DNA from: a virus
Length of the DNA stretch: 64,000 bases
Direction: 5' to 3' (one strand)
Virus record (IMG/VR): IMGVR_UViG_3300028400_000004
Coordinates: 19,754 to 83,753 of that record
The notes below the pieces were generated by a model. It saw only the letters and a program-made list of their open reading frames with translations. It had not been told where the DNA came from and ran no database searches. Position numbers and translations under genes: made by a program. Within the stretch, counting starts at the first letter, position 1; each line of letters starts with the position of its first letter. Below are positions 30,117 to 39,200 of this stretch, piece by piece.

Positions 30117-30145
30117 ACAATAGCACATGCAAATACGCTTGTCAA
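30117..30145 (-). promoter_or_regulatory. Sigma70-type promoter
   Basis: TTGACA-17 bp-TATTGT with extended TGn. Confidence 0.65.
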
Positions 30146-30321
30146 CTATGTTGCAAAATCAGCATCAACACGTTTATTGAAAAATGCGTGCTGAGAACCG
30201 TTACACATATATTATCGGCATGACCCCTCAATAGTTTAACTATCCTAGTAGCTTATCTGCTTGGTTGTTTTGTCTCCTATAACGTGCTAACATAATTGAT
30301 AAAAATTAATGGTATATAGGT

Positions 30322-31041
30322 ATGAAAAAGGACTTTTACAAAAAATATTTTGGATTTATAAATTCAATAATAGAAAAGACGGTTTGTGATCCTTATAATC
30401 CAGAACGTAGAGATGATTATCTACAGGAATGTTATTTGGCATTGCTTGAGGCTAAAGAGAAGTATGATGACAAAAAATCGTCATTCTCTAATTATGCCTA
30501 CATCGTTGTTAGAGGACGATTGCTTGACTACATAAGAAAGCAAACTTCTTTATCTAGAGAAGATTACAAGATAGTAAATACGATTCAAAATTTGATTAGT
30601 GAGAAAGGTATAGTACGCTATGAGGATATAAGTAAGAATTTTAACGTAAGTAAAGAAAGGTTTTATAGATTGTTGTCTTTAAGTAAAAATAGTAATTACA
30701 AAGATTTATTATATTTTAATTATGATTATTATAGTAATGATGATTTTGAAGTGGTTGTAGAAGATAAGAAAGAATTAAAAATGCAGTTATATATAAAACC
30801 GACACAAGTACATAGGATTGATAATAATAAATTTAGAAAAAAATTAGATATTTATTTAGATAGGTTGACTGCTAAGGAGCGTACAGTTATAAAACTGAAA
30901 TATTATCACGATAAAAGTATTAGTGAGATAGCTTCAATATTTAATGTTTCGGTAGCTGCGGTTAGTCATATGCATAAAAAGGCAATTAAAAAATTAAAGT
31001 CATATATTGGTGATAACGTAAATGAATACCTACATGATTAA
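30322..31041 (+). CDS. RNA polymerase sigma factor (sigma70 family, FliA/SigF-like)
   Basis: Region 2 DYLQECYLALLEA..KYD..FSNYA..RGRLLDYIRK; region 4 LTAKERTVI..SISEIA..VS..AVS..KAIKKLK. Confidence 0.9.
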   Translation: MKKDFYKKYFGFINSIIEKTVCDPYNPERRDDYLQECYLALLEAKEKYDDKKSSFSNYAYIVVRGRLLDYIRKQTSLSREDYKIVNTIQNLISEKGIVRYEDISKNFNVSKERFYRLLSLSKNSNYKDLLYFNYDYYSNDDFEVVVEDKKELKMQLYIKPTQVHRIDNNKFRKKLDIYLDRLTAKERTVIKLKYYHDKSISEIASIFNVSVAAVSHMHKKAIKKLKSYIGDNVNEYLHD

Positions 31042-31210
31042 AATAGTTAAGTCAGAATCAGCAGATGATTGGTATCATGACCTTATAGGATACCTACTTC
31101 CATTAGTAAGAGAAGAATCCGATTGTTATCTTAGCCGAGATGTAGCAGGTTACATTAGAAAAGTAAATAAAGAAGATGCAGAGGTTGTATATGATGAAGC
31201 GCCCTGGTGA
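31022..31210 (+). CDS. Hypothetical protein
   Basis: Coupled small ORF. Confidence 0.5.
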   Translation: MNTYMIKIVKSESADDWYHDLIGYLLPLVREESDCYLSRDVAGYIRKVNKEDAEVVYDEAPW

Positions 31211-31424
31211 CGTTGTATATGAAAAGATGAGCGCTCTTGGTATGTCGGTAGATGAACTTGCAAAGGCCCTGGGATTGACGTATAGGCGTTTTGAGGAGCT
31301 GCTAGACTCAGAGCTTGTCATTACGCCAGAATTGGCTGAGAAGCTGTCTAAGGCGCTTGGTGGATGTTCTAAGTATTGGATGGATTTGGAAAATAAATAT
31401 GTCAGAGATTACAACGGGTTTTGA
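31191..31424 (+). CDS. HigA-like HTH antitoxin/regulator
   Basis: RPGD..GMSVDELAKALG..ITPELAEKLSKALG...YWMDL..Y matches the HigA family pattern. Confidence 0.8.
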   Translation: MMKRPGDVVYEKMSALGMSVDELAKALGLTYRRFEELLDSELVITPELAEKLSKALGGCSKYWMDLENKYVRDYNGF

Positions 31425-31430
31425 TATTAT

Positions 31431-32507
31431 ATGTCTGTGAAAGTATTTAATATAAAGAAAGCTGTTGTTCCTGTAGAAGCGCAAAAATTGTTTTTGGGCG
31501 AATATTCTGGTTTTCAGCGTTATGATATTTATCGGTATCCTCAATTAAGAAAAATTGAGGAAACTATGCGTAATAATTTTTGGAATCCAGAAGAAATCAG
31601 TCTTACAGAAGATGCCTTGAAGTTTCAAGAGCTTGATGATGCAATCAAGGAAGTGTTTACGCAGAATCTTTTGTATCAAACTACTATGGATTCTGTTCAA
31701 ACAAGAGGACTTCAGGCTGCACTATTAAAAGTTACTTCAATGCCTGAATTGGAAAGTTGTTTTAACACACAGGCATATTTTGAGCAGATACATAGTACAA
31801 GCTATTCTCATATTGTTCGTTCATTATTTTCTAATGGAACCGAAATTTTCGATAAAATTGATGATATTCCTGCTATAAAAAATAGGATGGAAGTCGAGGT
31901 TTATAATTATAATTTTATAGCATCAAATGATTTTGATGGTTTGAGCATCAGCACCAAGCGTAAGTATGTGTTTGAAATGCTTATTCATATTTATGCTATG
32001 GAAAGTGTAAAATTTTATTTGTCTTTCTTGATTACATACATGTTGAATGATGTTACCAGCAACAGCTTGCAGAGGACTTCTCGCATTATCAAAATGATCC
32101 AGTTCGATGAGAATTTACATGTAACTTTGTTTAGGCATCTATTCAACATATTAAAGAAAGAAACTAGAGAGGGGTTTACAAATTATTTTGACAATGAAAA
32201 ATTTATTTCAATTTTTAATAAAGTAAAGGAAGATGAAATTAATTGGGGTAAATATTTATTAACTATTTATAATATCCCAGGATTGTCAGAAAAATCTATT
32301 GAAAATTTTGTATCATACCATGTTGATAGGGCACTATATACTTTGAATATTACAAATAAGAAGCCCGTTAAGGATGATTTGATTAATTGGTTTAATATGG
32401 TTTCTAATATTGATAGTGAGAATGTAGCCCAACAAGAAGCCGAGTCTGTAGCATACCAGATTGGTATTCTTAAAAATGATTTTGAACCTGGTCCCTTGAA
32501 GATTTGA
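31431..32507 (+). CDS. nrdB: Ribonucleotide reductase class Ia beta subunit
   Basis: FWNPEEI, MDSVQ, EQIHSTSY, ESVKFY and DENLH: metal ligands and radical Tyr present. Confidence 0.95.
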   Translation: MSVKVFNIKKAVVPVEAQKLFLGEYSGFQRYDIYRYPQLRKIEETMRNNFWNPEEISLTEDALKFQELDDAIKEVFTQNLLYQTTMDSVQTRGLQAALLKVTSMPELESCFNTQAYFEQIHSTSYSHIVRSLFSNGTEIFDKIDDIPAIKNRMEVEVYNYNFIASNDFDGLSISTKRKYVFEMLIHIYAMESVKFYLSFLITYMLNDVTSNSLQRTSRIIKMIQFDENLHVTLFRHLFNILKKETREGFTNYFDNEKFISIFNKVKEDEINWGKYLLTIYNIPGLSEKSIENFVSYHVDRALYTLNITNKKPVKDDLINWFNMVSNIDSENVAQQEAESVAYQIGILKNDFEPGPLKI

Positions 32508-32512
32508 TAAAC

Positions 32513-34843
32513 ATGAAAAATAAAAATATTGTAAATCTTTCTCAGTTTGAGAAAGCATTAGAGTCTAATACTCAGTTAAATAATATAGATGTTCCTAATA
32601 TTGTAGTCATTAAAAGAGATGGAAGGGAGGAACCTTATTCAATTAAAAAAATGCATAAGGTTCTTTCCTGGGCTTGCGAAGGTAATGATTTTTTTGTAAA
32701 GGAAATTTTGGAAGGAGTGCAGTTCAAGTTAAAGGATAAAATAAAGATTACTGATTTGTATGATGAGGTTATTAAAACTGCTGCACAGAAAATATCTATG
32801 TTATATCCGCAGTATGAATATATTGCGGCTAAGCTATTTTTATTGAAAATTTATAAAGAATCTGGATGTAAGGTCGGCTTTTATCCGAAACTAGGTGACG
32901 TTTTGTCTAAGGGAGTTCATTACAAGGTTTATGACAAAGAGGTTGTTTTGTCATTTACAAGTGATGAGCTAGAAAAGTTAGATGCAGCGATAGATCATAC
33001 TAGAGATTTTTTATTTAATTACAAAGCATTAACCACTTTTTATAATAAGTATTGTATTAATTATAGAAAAAATAAGAAATTAGAGTTACCTCAACATGCA
33101 TATATGCGTGTTGCTATTTTCTTGAATTGGAAAGAAGAAGAAAATCGTATTGATAAAATAATCGAGACTTATAATCATTTATCTACACATAAGTATGCAG
33201 TAGCTACGCCTATTATGCTGCGTAGTTTAACGAATAAACCACAAACGGCTTCTTGTGTTCTTACTGTAATGCCAGATGATACTGATGGCATTATGGATAC
33301 TGTTCATAACCTAGCTTTGTACAGTAAGTACAATGGTGGTACTGCTACAGATATTTCCGAAGTAAGAGCCAGTGGTTCTTACATCAAAGGCAATAATGGG
33401 TATAGCAGTGGTCCTGTAGCCTATTTGAAAATAATAGAATCTGTTATGAAGGGGTTTAACCAAGGATCATTAAGAAGTGGCGCCAATTGTAGTTATTTTC
33501 CATTCTGGCATTATGATTGGGATAAGCTAATTGTGTTAAAGTCAAATGGTGGGACTAGCGAAACACGCTGTCGCACATTAAAGTATGCTGTCAAATTGAG
33601 TAATTTTTATTTTGACAGAGTAAAAGAAGATAAAGAAATCACGTTGTTTGATCCAAAGGATGTTCCTGAACTTTTAACATCTTTTGGTGATGAATTTGTA
33701 AAATGGTATGAATACTATGAAAATAAAACGGGAATAAGAAAAAAGAAGACTAGTGCTAGGGAACACTTTTATCAGTTAATGAAAGAACGTACTGAGACTG
33801 GAAACATTTATATATTTTTTACTGATAATGTTAATGAAAACAATATTTTAGGTAGATACATAAATTCAAGTAATTTGTGCACTGAGGTTTTGATTCCCGC
33901 ACGTCCTAGTACAGTTAAATTTGAAAAGTTAGTTACTTATGAGGACGGTCATACTAATACAATTATAGAAAAGGAGACTGGTGAAATAGGTCTATGTAAT
34001 TTGGCAAGCGTTAATCTTGTAGAATGGTATAACAAGGATGATATTGATAGATTTTATTATATTTATAACCTTGTAAGAATCATGGATAACACAATTGATT
34101 ATGCTTATTATCCTGTAAAAGATGCAAAGTATAGTAATATAAATTATCGTTATTTAGGTATTGGTGTTAATAATTATGCTAATTTATTGGCCAGTTTAGG
34201 GATCAAATTTGATTCTCAGGAGTCACTAGAGTTTACAGATGAGTTGTTTTATAAGTTATCTTATAATCTAATTAAGGCAAGTGTAGAATTAGCAAAACAA
34301 AGAGGAAGGTTCAAAGCATTTAATACTACTTTATGGTCAAAAGGAAAATTGCCAGTAGATTTTGCAAACAAAAATGCAATTAAATTAACAAAAAATAAAT
34401 ATCACGATGATTTTTATTGGAAAGATTTGCGAGATGATATTAGTAAATACGGAATTAGAAATGCTTATTTAATGGCTATCATGCCAACGGCTACTTCTGG
34501 TAAAGCATTAAATGCTACAGAATCCATAGAACCTGTTTTGGATTTAGCTTATAAAGAGGAAGGTACGTTCAGCGTTACAACCTTAGCGCCTAATTTTAGA
34601 AAGAATAGTACTAAGTATGTAAAGGCTTTTGATTGCGATCCATATAAGCTAATAGAACTAGCTGCTGTTAGACAGAAATATATAGATCAGACACAATCAT
34701 TAAATATGTATATAACAAAACCTGATAGCTTGACAGAGTTATTCAAATTACATTACTATGCTATGAATCTTGGAATTAAGACTTTGTACTACTTAAAGCA
34801 ACGTAAAGACACTTCTGAATATGTTTGTGAGTCTTGTACATGA
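32513..34843 (+). CDS. nrdA: Ribonucleotide reductase class Ia alpha subunit with ATP cone
   Basis: VIKRDG cone, SCVL, SNLCTE, MPTATS, KTLYY and C-terminal CESC. Confidence 0.95.
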   Translation: MKNKNIVNLSQFEKALESNTQLNNIDVPNIVVIKRDGREEPYSIKKMHKVLSWACEGNDFFVKEILEGVQFKLKDKIKITDLYDEVIKTAAQKISMLYPQYEYIAAKLFLLKIYKESGCKVGFYPKLGDVLSKGVHYKVYDKEVVLSFTSDELEKLDAAIDHTRDFLFNYKALTTFYNKYCINYRKNKKLELPQHAYMRVAIFLNWKEEENRIDKIIETYNHLSTHKYAVATPIMLRSLTNKPQTASCVLTVMPDDTDGIMDTVHNLALYSKYNGGTATDISEVRASGSYIKGNNGYSSGPVAYLKIIESVMKGFNQGSLRSGANCSYFPFWHYDWDKLIVLKSNGGTSETRCRTLKYAVKLSNFYFDRVKEDKEITLFDPKDVPELLTSFGDEFVKWYEYYENKTGIRKKKTSAREHFYQLMKERTETGNIYIFFTDNVNENNILGRYINSSNLCTEVLIPARPSTVKFEKLVTYEDGHTNTIIEKETGEIGLCNLASVNLVEWYNKDDIDRFYYIYNLVRIMDNTIDYAYYPVKDAKYSNINYRYLGIGVNNYANLLASLGIKFDSQESLEFTDELFYKLSYNLIKASVELAKQRGRFKAFNTTLWSKGKLPVDFANKNAIKLTKNKYHDDFYWKDLRDDISKYGIRNAYLMAIMPTATSGKALNATESIEPVLDLAYKEEGTFSVTTLAPNFRKNSTKYVKAFDCDPYKLIELAAVRQKYIDQTQSLNMYITKPDSLTELFKLHYYAMNLGIKTLYYLKQRKDTSEYVCESCT

Positions 34844-35169
34844 AAAAAGAAGAGCTTGGTAAAAGATTTAATAATGGAAAGCTAAAGATGTCATTATTAT
34901 TAGAGTGTGATGATGCATTAGATGGGGCTGTTAGATGTTTGATGCATGGAGAAAAAAAGTACGGCAGAAATAATTGGAAGAAAGGATTAAAATACACAGA
35001 AATTATTGATAGTTTACTTAGACACTTAAACCAATTTATGCGAGGGCAAGATGTTGATTTAGAAAGCAATTCAGAGTATAATCACGTTGACGCTATTGTA
35101 GTTAATGCGTTGTTTTTGTCTTACATGTTTTATAAACGAAAAGATTTAGATGACAGGGGTGCAAAATAA
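34840..35169 (+). CDS. dATP/dGTP diphosphohydrolase-domain protein (DUF5664-like)
   Basis: GKLKMSLL..GEKKYGRNNWKKG..SLLRHL..DLES..HV pattern. Confidence 0.75.
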   Translation: MKKEELGKRFNNGKLKMSLLLECDDALDGAVRCLMHGEKKYGRNNWKKGLKYTEIIDSLLRHLNQFMRGQDVDLESNSEYNHVDAIVVNALFLSYMFYKRKDLDDRGAK

Positions 35170-35534
35170 TGGCATTGATTTTATATGCTAGAAAAGGTGA
35201 TGTTTTTTACATTGATGATGTAAAGCTAAAAGTTGAGAAGTTAATTTTTGAACCTACTAAGACAAAGAATCCAATTGTAAAAAAGAGTTTTCCATATTCT
35301 ATGGTTTTGTCTGTTTTTACAGATAAAGGCATGGAAAAATTTTTGATTACTAAGGAATGTTTTACTAGTGTACCTGGTTATCCAGACTGGTTACTTGCAG
35401 TAGGTTCTCGACACAAAGAAGATAGTAGAAGTTTGTCATTAATGTTTGAAGTTCCTAAAGAAAATAAGATTTATCGAAAGAAGATTTACGATAAGATTAA
35501 GAAGCAAGAGGTGGAAAATCAAAATGGATGCTAA
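35169..35534 (+). CDS. CsrA-like protein with internal expansion
   Basis: N-terminus LILYARKGDVFYIDDVKLKV and C-terminus LMFEVPKENKIYRKKIYDKI resemble the two ends of CsrA. Confidence 0.55.
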   Translation: MALILYARKGDVFYIDDVKLKVEKLIFEPTKTKNPIVKKSFPYSMVLSVFTDKGMEKFLITKECFTSVPGYPDWLLAVGSRHKEDSRSLSLMFEVPKENKIYRKKIYDKIKKQEVENQNGC

Positions 35535-35895
35535 GAATATGTTTATTGCTAAAGAAGCCTATGAAGATATGGAAGTATTAGGGCTAAAGGAAGATACTGT
35601 TCGTGATATGGTTAAATTGTCTGTTCCGTATAATCATGTAATGGGAAATCGCAGGTATAAGCAATTTATTTTCGATTATGATCCAGACAATAACACTTTA
35701 AATACTATTGCCCTTCGTGTCCTTAAAATTTATGGCAAAGATGCTGAGAATGTTTGTAAGACATGTTATGGCGAACGCTATGTAACTATTATCAAACATT
35801 ATAAGGAACATGATGTGCCTTATGTTGGCAGAGTAAAGTGTAATGATGATCACTGCGTTAATGGCCTCTATGTAACTTCAACGAGGGATTACTGA
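35524..35895 (+). CDS. Hypothetical protein with C-terminal Zn-finger-like motif
   Basis: CKTCYGE..C..C; GAGGTG SD before ATG 35524. Confidence 0.6.
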   Translation: MDAKNMFIAKEAYEDMEVLGLKEDTVRDMVKLSVPYNHVMGNRRYKQFIFDYDPDNNTLNTIALRVLKIYGKDAENVCKTCYGERYVTIIKHYKEHDVPYVGRVKCNDDHCVNGLYVTSTRDY

Positions 35896-35896
35896 T

Positions 35897-36742
35897 ATGA
35901 GCAAAGAATCCGTATTAAAAGGATATTCGGAGCCTTATAAAATCCATAATGATGGATTTGTGCGTGTTGTTGATGTTATGGGTGATGACGATGCGGTAGT
36001 TCAGATGGCCAGAACAAGCTATGGAAAAGGAACAAAAACGGTAAATGAGGATGCTAATTTAATTAGATATTTAATGCGTCATCGGCATACTTCTCCGTTT
36101 GAAGGTGCTGAAATCAAACTTCATATCCGTTGTCCTATTTTTGTTGCTAGGCAATGGTTGCGCCATAGAACTGCTAGTGTTAATGAATTATCAGCAAGAT
36201 ACTCAGAAATGGAAGATTCTTTTTACGTTCCTGAATTGGATTATGTTGCTGCGCAAAGTTCCGAAAACAAACAGGTAAGTGGTAATCCAGTAAATGTAGA
36301 AGATGCAAGTATTTACAGGGAAAAGTTAACTGAGATACAAAAAATAACCTATAATATTTATAAGCAAGCGTTAGAGGTAGGCATTTCCAGAGAACGTGCT
36401 CGTGAACTATTACCAGTAGGTATTTATACTGAGTTTTATTGGAAAATTGATTTGCATAATCTTTTACATTTTCTTGAATTGCGTATGCATCCACACGCGC
36501 AGAGAGAAATTAGGGATTATGCTAATGTTATTGGCAATGAGATTGTAGCAGAATGGGTACCTATTACTTGGAAGGCTTTTTTAGATTATAGATATAATGC
36601 AAAAACTTTTTCTAAAAAGGCATTTGATACATTAAAAGAATTGCTAGGAACTGGTGGTGTGGAATCCTTCTTAGAAGGTCTGAAGGACAAAGGGCTTACT
36701 AAACGAGAAATAAAAGAATACGAAAATATGTTTTTACAATGA
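35897..36742 (+). CDS. thyX: Flavin-dependent thymidylate synthase
   Basis: HTSPFE, RQWLRHRTASVNELSARY and HAQREIR motifs. Confidence 0.97.
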   Translation: MSKESVLKGYSEPYKIHNDGFVRVVDVMGDDDAVVQMARTSYGKGTKTVNEDANLIRYLMRHRHTSPFEGAEIKLHIRCPIFVARQWLRHRTASVNELSARYSEMEDSFYVPELDYVAAQSSENKQVSGNPVNVEDASIYREKLTEIQKITYNIYKQALEVGISRERARELLPVGIYTEFYWKIDLHNLLHFLELRMHPHAQREIRDYANVIGNEIVAEWVPITWKAFLDYRYNAKTFSKKAFDTLKELLGTGGVESFLEGLKDKGLTKREIKEYENMFLQ

Positions 36743-37236
36743 AAAATAAAAGAATTTCTACGAGAACATACAAATTTCTCATAAAAGATGAGAATAATGT
36801 CTATGCAAAATTAGAGAATTTATTTAGGGTAATTGTTTTGCTAAGGAGAATTTTGATTGAGGATCGGAGACGTGTCCAGGCGAGTTCCGATAGAATTATG
36901 GGTACAAATGAGCAGGTTTCTAGGTTTATTGATATTAAAGACGAGACACCATTAAATTTAATACCATATGATACTGCATTGGCAATTATAAAAGATATTT
37001 CTGCTTATCATAATAAGAATAAACATGTTCCTAATATTGGTGAATTTTATAACATAAAAGTGCCATTTTATTGTTCAGTATCATATAGATATGATGAGAT
37101 GAATGTGCCTGGCATTGGAGTCATCAAAATTAAAAGAGATAAGCCTATTCCTAGAGATAGGAGTGTCATTGTTTCTAATATTTATAAAAAAGGCAAATCA
37201 TGGTACGCAGACTTAGTGACGAAAAAGAAGGAATAG
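36739..37236 (+). CDS. TnpB/IS605-OrfB-derived protein, N-terminal (WED/REC) half only
   Basis: RTYKF, helical REC-like segment, VPGIGVIKIKRDKPIP..NIYKKGKSWYADLV; stops before RuvC. Confidence 0.65.
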   Translation: MKNKRISTRTYKFLIKDENNVYAKLENLFRVIVLLRRILIEDRRRVQASSDRIMGTNEQVSRFIDIKDETPLNLIPYDTALAIIKDISAYHNKNKHVPNIGEFYNIKVPFYCSVSYRYDEMNVPGIGVIKIKRDKPIPRDRSVIVSNIYKKGKSWYADLVTKKKE

Positions 37237-37832
37237 TATTATTAGAAGTAATAAGGACATTAGACTTATTTTCAGAAAAAAGCCTAAAGATACTCAAGAA
37301 TAAAATAAATAAAAAGTTAGGGACGAATATAGAAGAAAAGGACCATTTAATATTTCTTACATATTTATTAGATGAATTAAAATCTATCGGAATAGTTTTA
37401 GGTGATGGTAATGTTTATTACGATTTATCACGATATAATCTGGATAAAGATTTGTTTATAAAGGCATTTGAAACCCTACAGACATCAGCCGCAACATTTA
37501 ATGTAAAATCACGGGTTGATTTTTATAATTATATAAAATTTGTAATACATTTAACTGTAAAATATATATCTAATAATTATATAAATAATGATTTTACGGA
37601 TACGATTCGCATTTTAATAAAAAATGGATTGGAAAATAATTTAATAGATAAAGAAACTGCAAAGAAGTTGCGGGGAAAGTTAAAGCATTTTAATAGTAGA
37701 TCATTGTCATTGAATAATATATGCCACGTTATTTCTGAGGAGCTGTATTACGTCTTTGATTATTCATTTCCCGGTTATTCTAATTCCGAATTTTTTGTAA
37801 AGGCAGCTTTGAAAAGGTTTAATAATAAATGA
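37200..37832 (+). CDS. Hypothetical protein (start uncertain), upstream of helicase
   Basis: Coupled to the helicase gene. Confidence 0.55.
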   Translation: MVRRLSDEKEGIVLLEVIRTLDLFSEKSLKILKNKINKKLGTNIEEKDHLIFLTYLLDELKSIGIVLGDGNVYYDLSRYNLDKDLFIKAFETLQTSAATFNVKSRVDFYNYIKFVIHLTVKYISNNYINNDFTDTIRILIKNGLENNLIDKETAKKLRGKLKHFNSRSLSLNNICHVISEELYYVFDYSFPGYSNSEFFVKAALKRFNNK

Positions 37833-39199
37833 ATTTATCAAAATCTATCCAAGAGAACATTCTCCGTATTATTTCATTTGATGATGAGAATTATAAGATT
37901 TTCCGGGGATTAGTACCATTGCGGGTTTATGATTCAAAGTATAAGCCTATTGTAAAGCGGGTTTATAATTATATTGATGAATTTGATGAACCGCCGAAAG
38001 CACATTTAGTAGATATTACTGAGGATTTGTTGAAGGAAGATAAATCATATTTATCGGTTATTGAAGGTGTTTATGAATTAGAAGATGTAAATGTAGAATA
38101 TACATTAAAAAAAGTTAGAGCCTTTATTAGGTTACAGGAAATAAAGTTAGGCATATTAAAAGCTGCCGAAGTTTTAGATACGGCAGATGATGAGGAGTCT
38201 TTAGAAGAAGCCGAAGATATTATATTAAAATCAATAAAGAATACACATAAAACCTTTGATCCAGGTTTAGAGTTTTCCATAGATGCTTTAGATTCTTTAG
38301 ATCAAGAAGCTATTGAGTATTTTAGAACTGGTATTAAGTTTTTAGATACTCATAATTTGGGACCTGCACGAAAGAAGTTACACCTATTTATGGCTCCTGC
38401 CAAGTTCGGGAAAACTTGGTGGCTTATTCATTTAGGAAAAGAAAATGTTATGGATGGCAAAAAAGTATTACATTTAACATTAGAAATGAGTCAGTCTAGT
38501 GTTGCTAGGCGTTACTTGCAGTCATTCTTCTCTATATCTAATAGAAATGAATTGTATAACATATATAAATTTATTCACGATTTAGATGGAAAGATGAGTG
38601 ATCTTGAGGAATATGAGTTATACCCTAAACACACATTTGAAGAAGGCAGCTTGAAAGAAAAATTAAAAAATAAAATAGAGAAAGGTAAAAGATATTTTGA
38701 TAATTTAATAATAAAAGAGTTCCCCACAAGTTCTTTAGCTGTCAGAGAATTGGACAGTTATTTGGACATGCTGGAGCGTGTAAAAGGTTTTATTCCTGAT
38801 ATTATTATAGTTGATTATGCAGATTTGTTACGCTTAGAAGGCAATGATAAACGTATTGCTACTGGAGAGATTTATAAGAATCTACGGGGGCTTGCCATGT
38901 CACGAAATGTGGCTATTGCTACAGCCACCCAAACTAATAGGGGGGCATTGAACAAGCGCCTTGTTAGTGAGATAGATGTAGCAGAGGATTATTCTAAGAT
39001 ACAGACGGCAGACTGTGTTATTACGTTGAATAAGACAGAAGCAGAACGTGAACTAGGTCTTGCCAGGTTATATGTAACTGCTGCGCGTGATGACGTAGAT
39101 AAAATGGAGATTTGCATTTCACAGGCTTATGGGATTGGCCAATTTGCGTTAGATAGTGCTTTAACACCTAAAGATTATGAAACATTTATAAACAAGTAA
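37829..39199 (+). CDS. DnaB-like replicative helicase
   Basis: APAKFGKT, TLEM, IIVDYADL and TATQTNR motifs. Confidence 0.9.
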   Translation: MNLSKSIQENILRIISFDDENYKIFRGLVPLRVYDSKYKPIVKRVYNYIDEFDEPPKAHLVDITEDLLKEDKSYLSVIEGVYELEDVNVEYTLKKVRAFIRLQEIKLGILKAAEVLDTADDEESLEEAEDIILKSIKNTHKTFDPGLEFSIDALDSLDQEAIEYFRTGIKFLDTHNLGPARKKLHLFMAPAKFGKTWWLIHLGKENVMDGKKVLHLTLEMSQSSVARRYLQSFFSISNRNELYNIYKFIHDLDGKMSDLEEYELYPKHTFEEGSLKEKLKNKIEKGKRYFDNLIIKEFPTSSLAVRELDSYLDMLERVKGFIPDIIIVDYADLLRLEGNDKRIATGEIYKNLRGLAMSRNVAIATATQTNRGALNKRLVSEIDVAEDYSKIQTADCVITLNKTEAERELGLARLYVTAARDDVDKMEICISQAYGIGQFALDSALTPKDYETFINK

Positions 39200-39200
39200 G

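Noticed and set aside
31431-32507. Metal-free (class Ie) or Tyr-less (class Ic) RNR
   Set aside because: Canonical carboxylate/His ligands and the radical Tyr are present
34840-35169. 2-aminoadenine (Z) or other modified-base pathway
   Set aside because: Only a DUF5664-like gene; no PurZ or other base-modification enzymes seen here
37200-37832. Frameshifted RuvC half of the TnpB-like gene (IRTLDL loosely like GIDLG)
   Set aside because: No RuvC-II Glu motif, Zn ribbon or D-x-N-A motif follows; it looks like an unrelated helical protein
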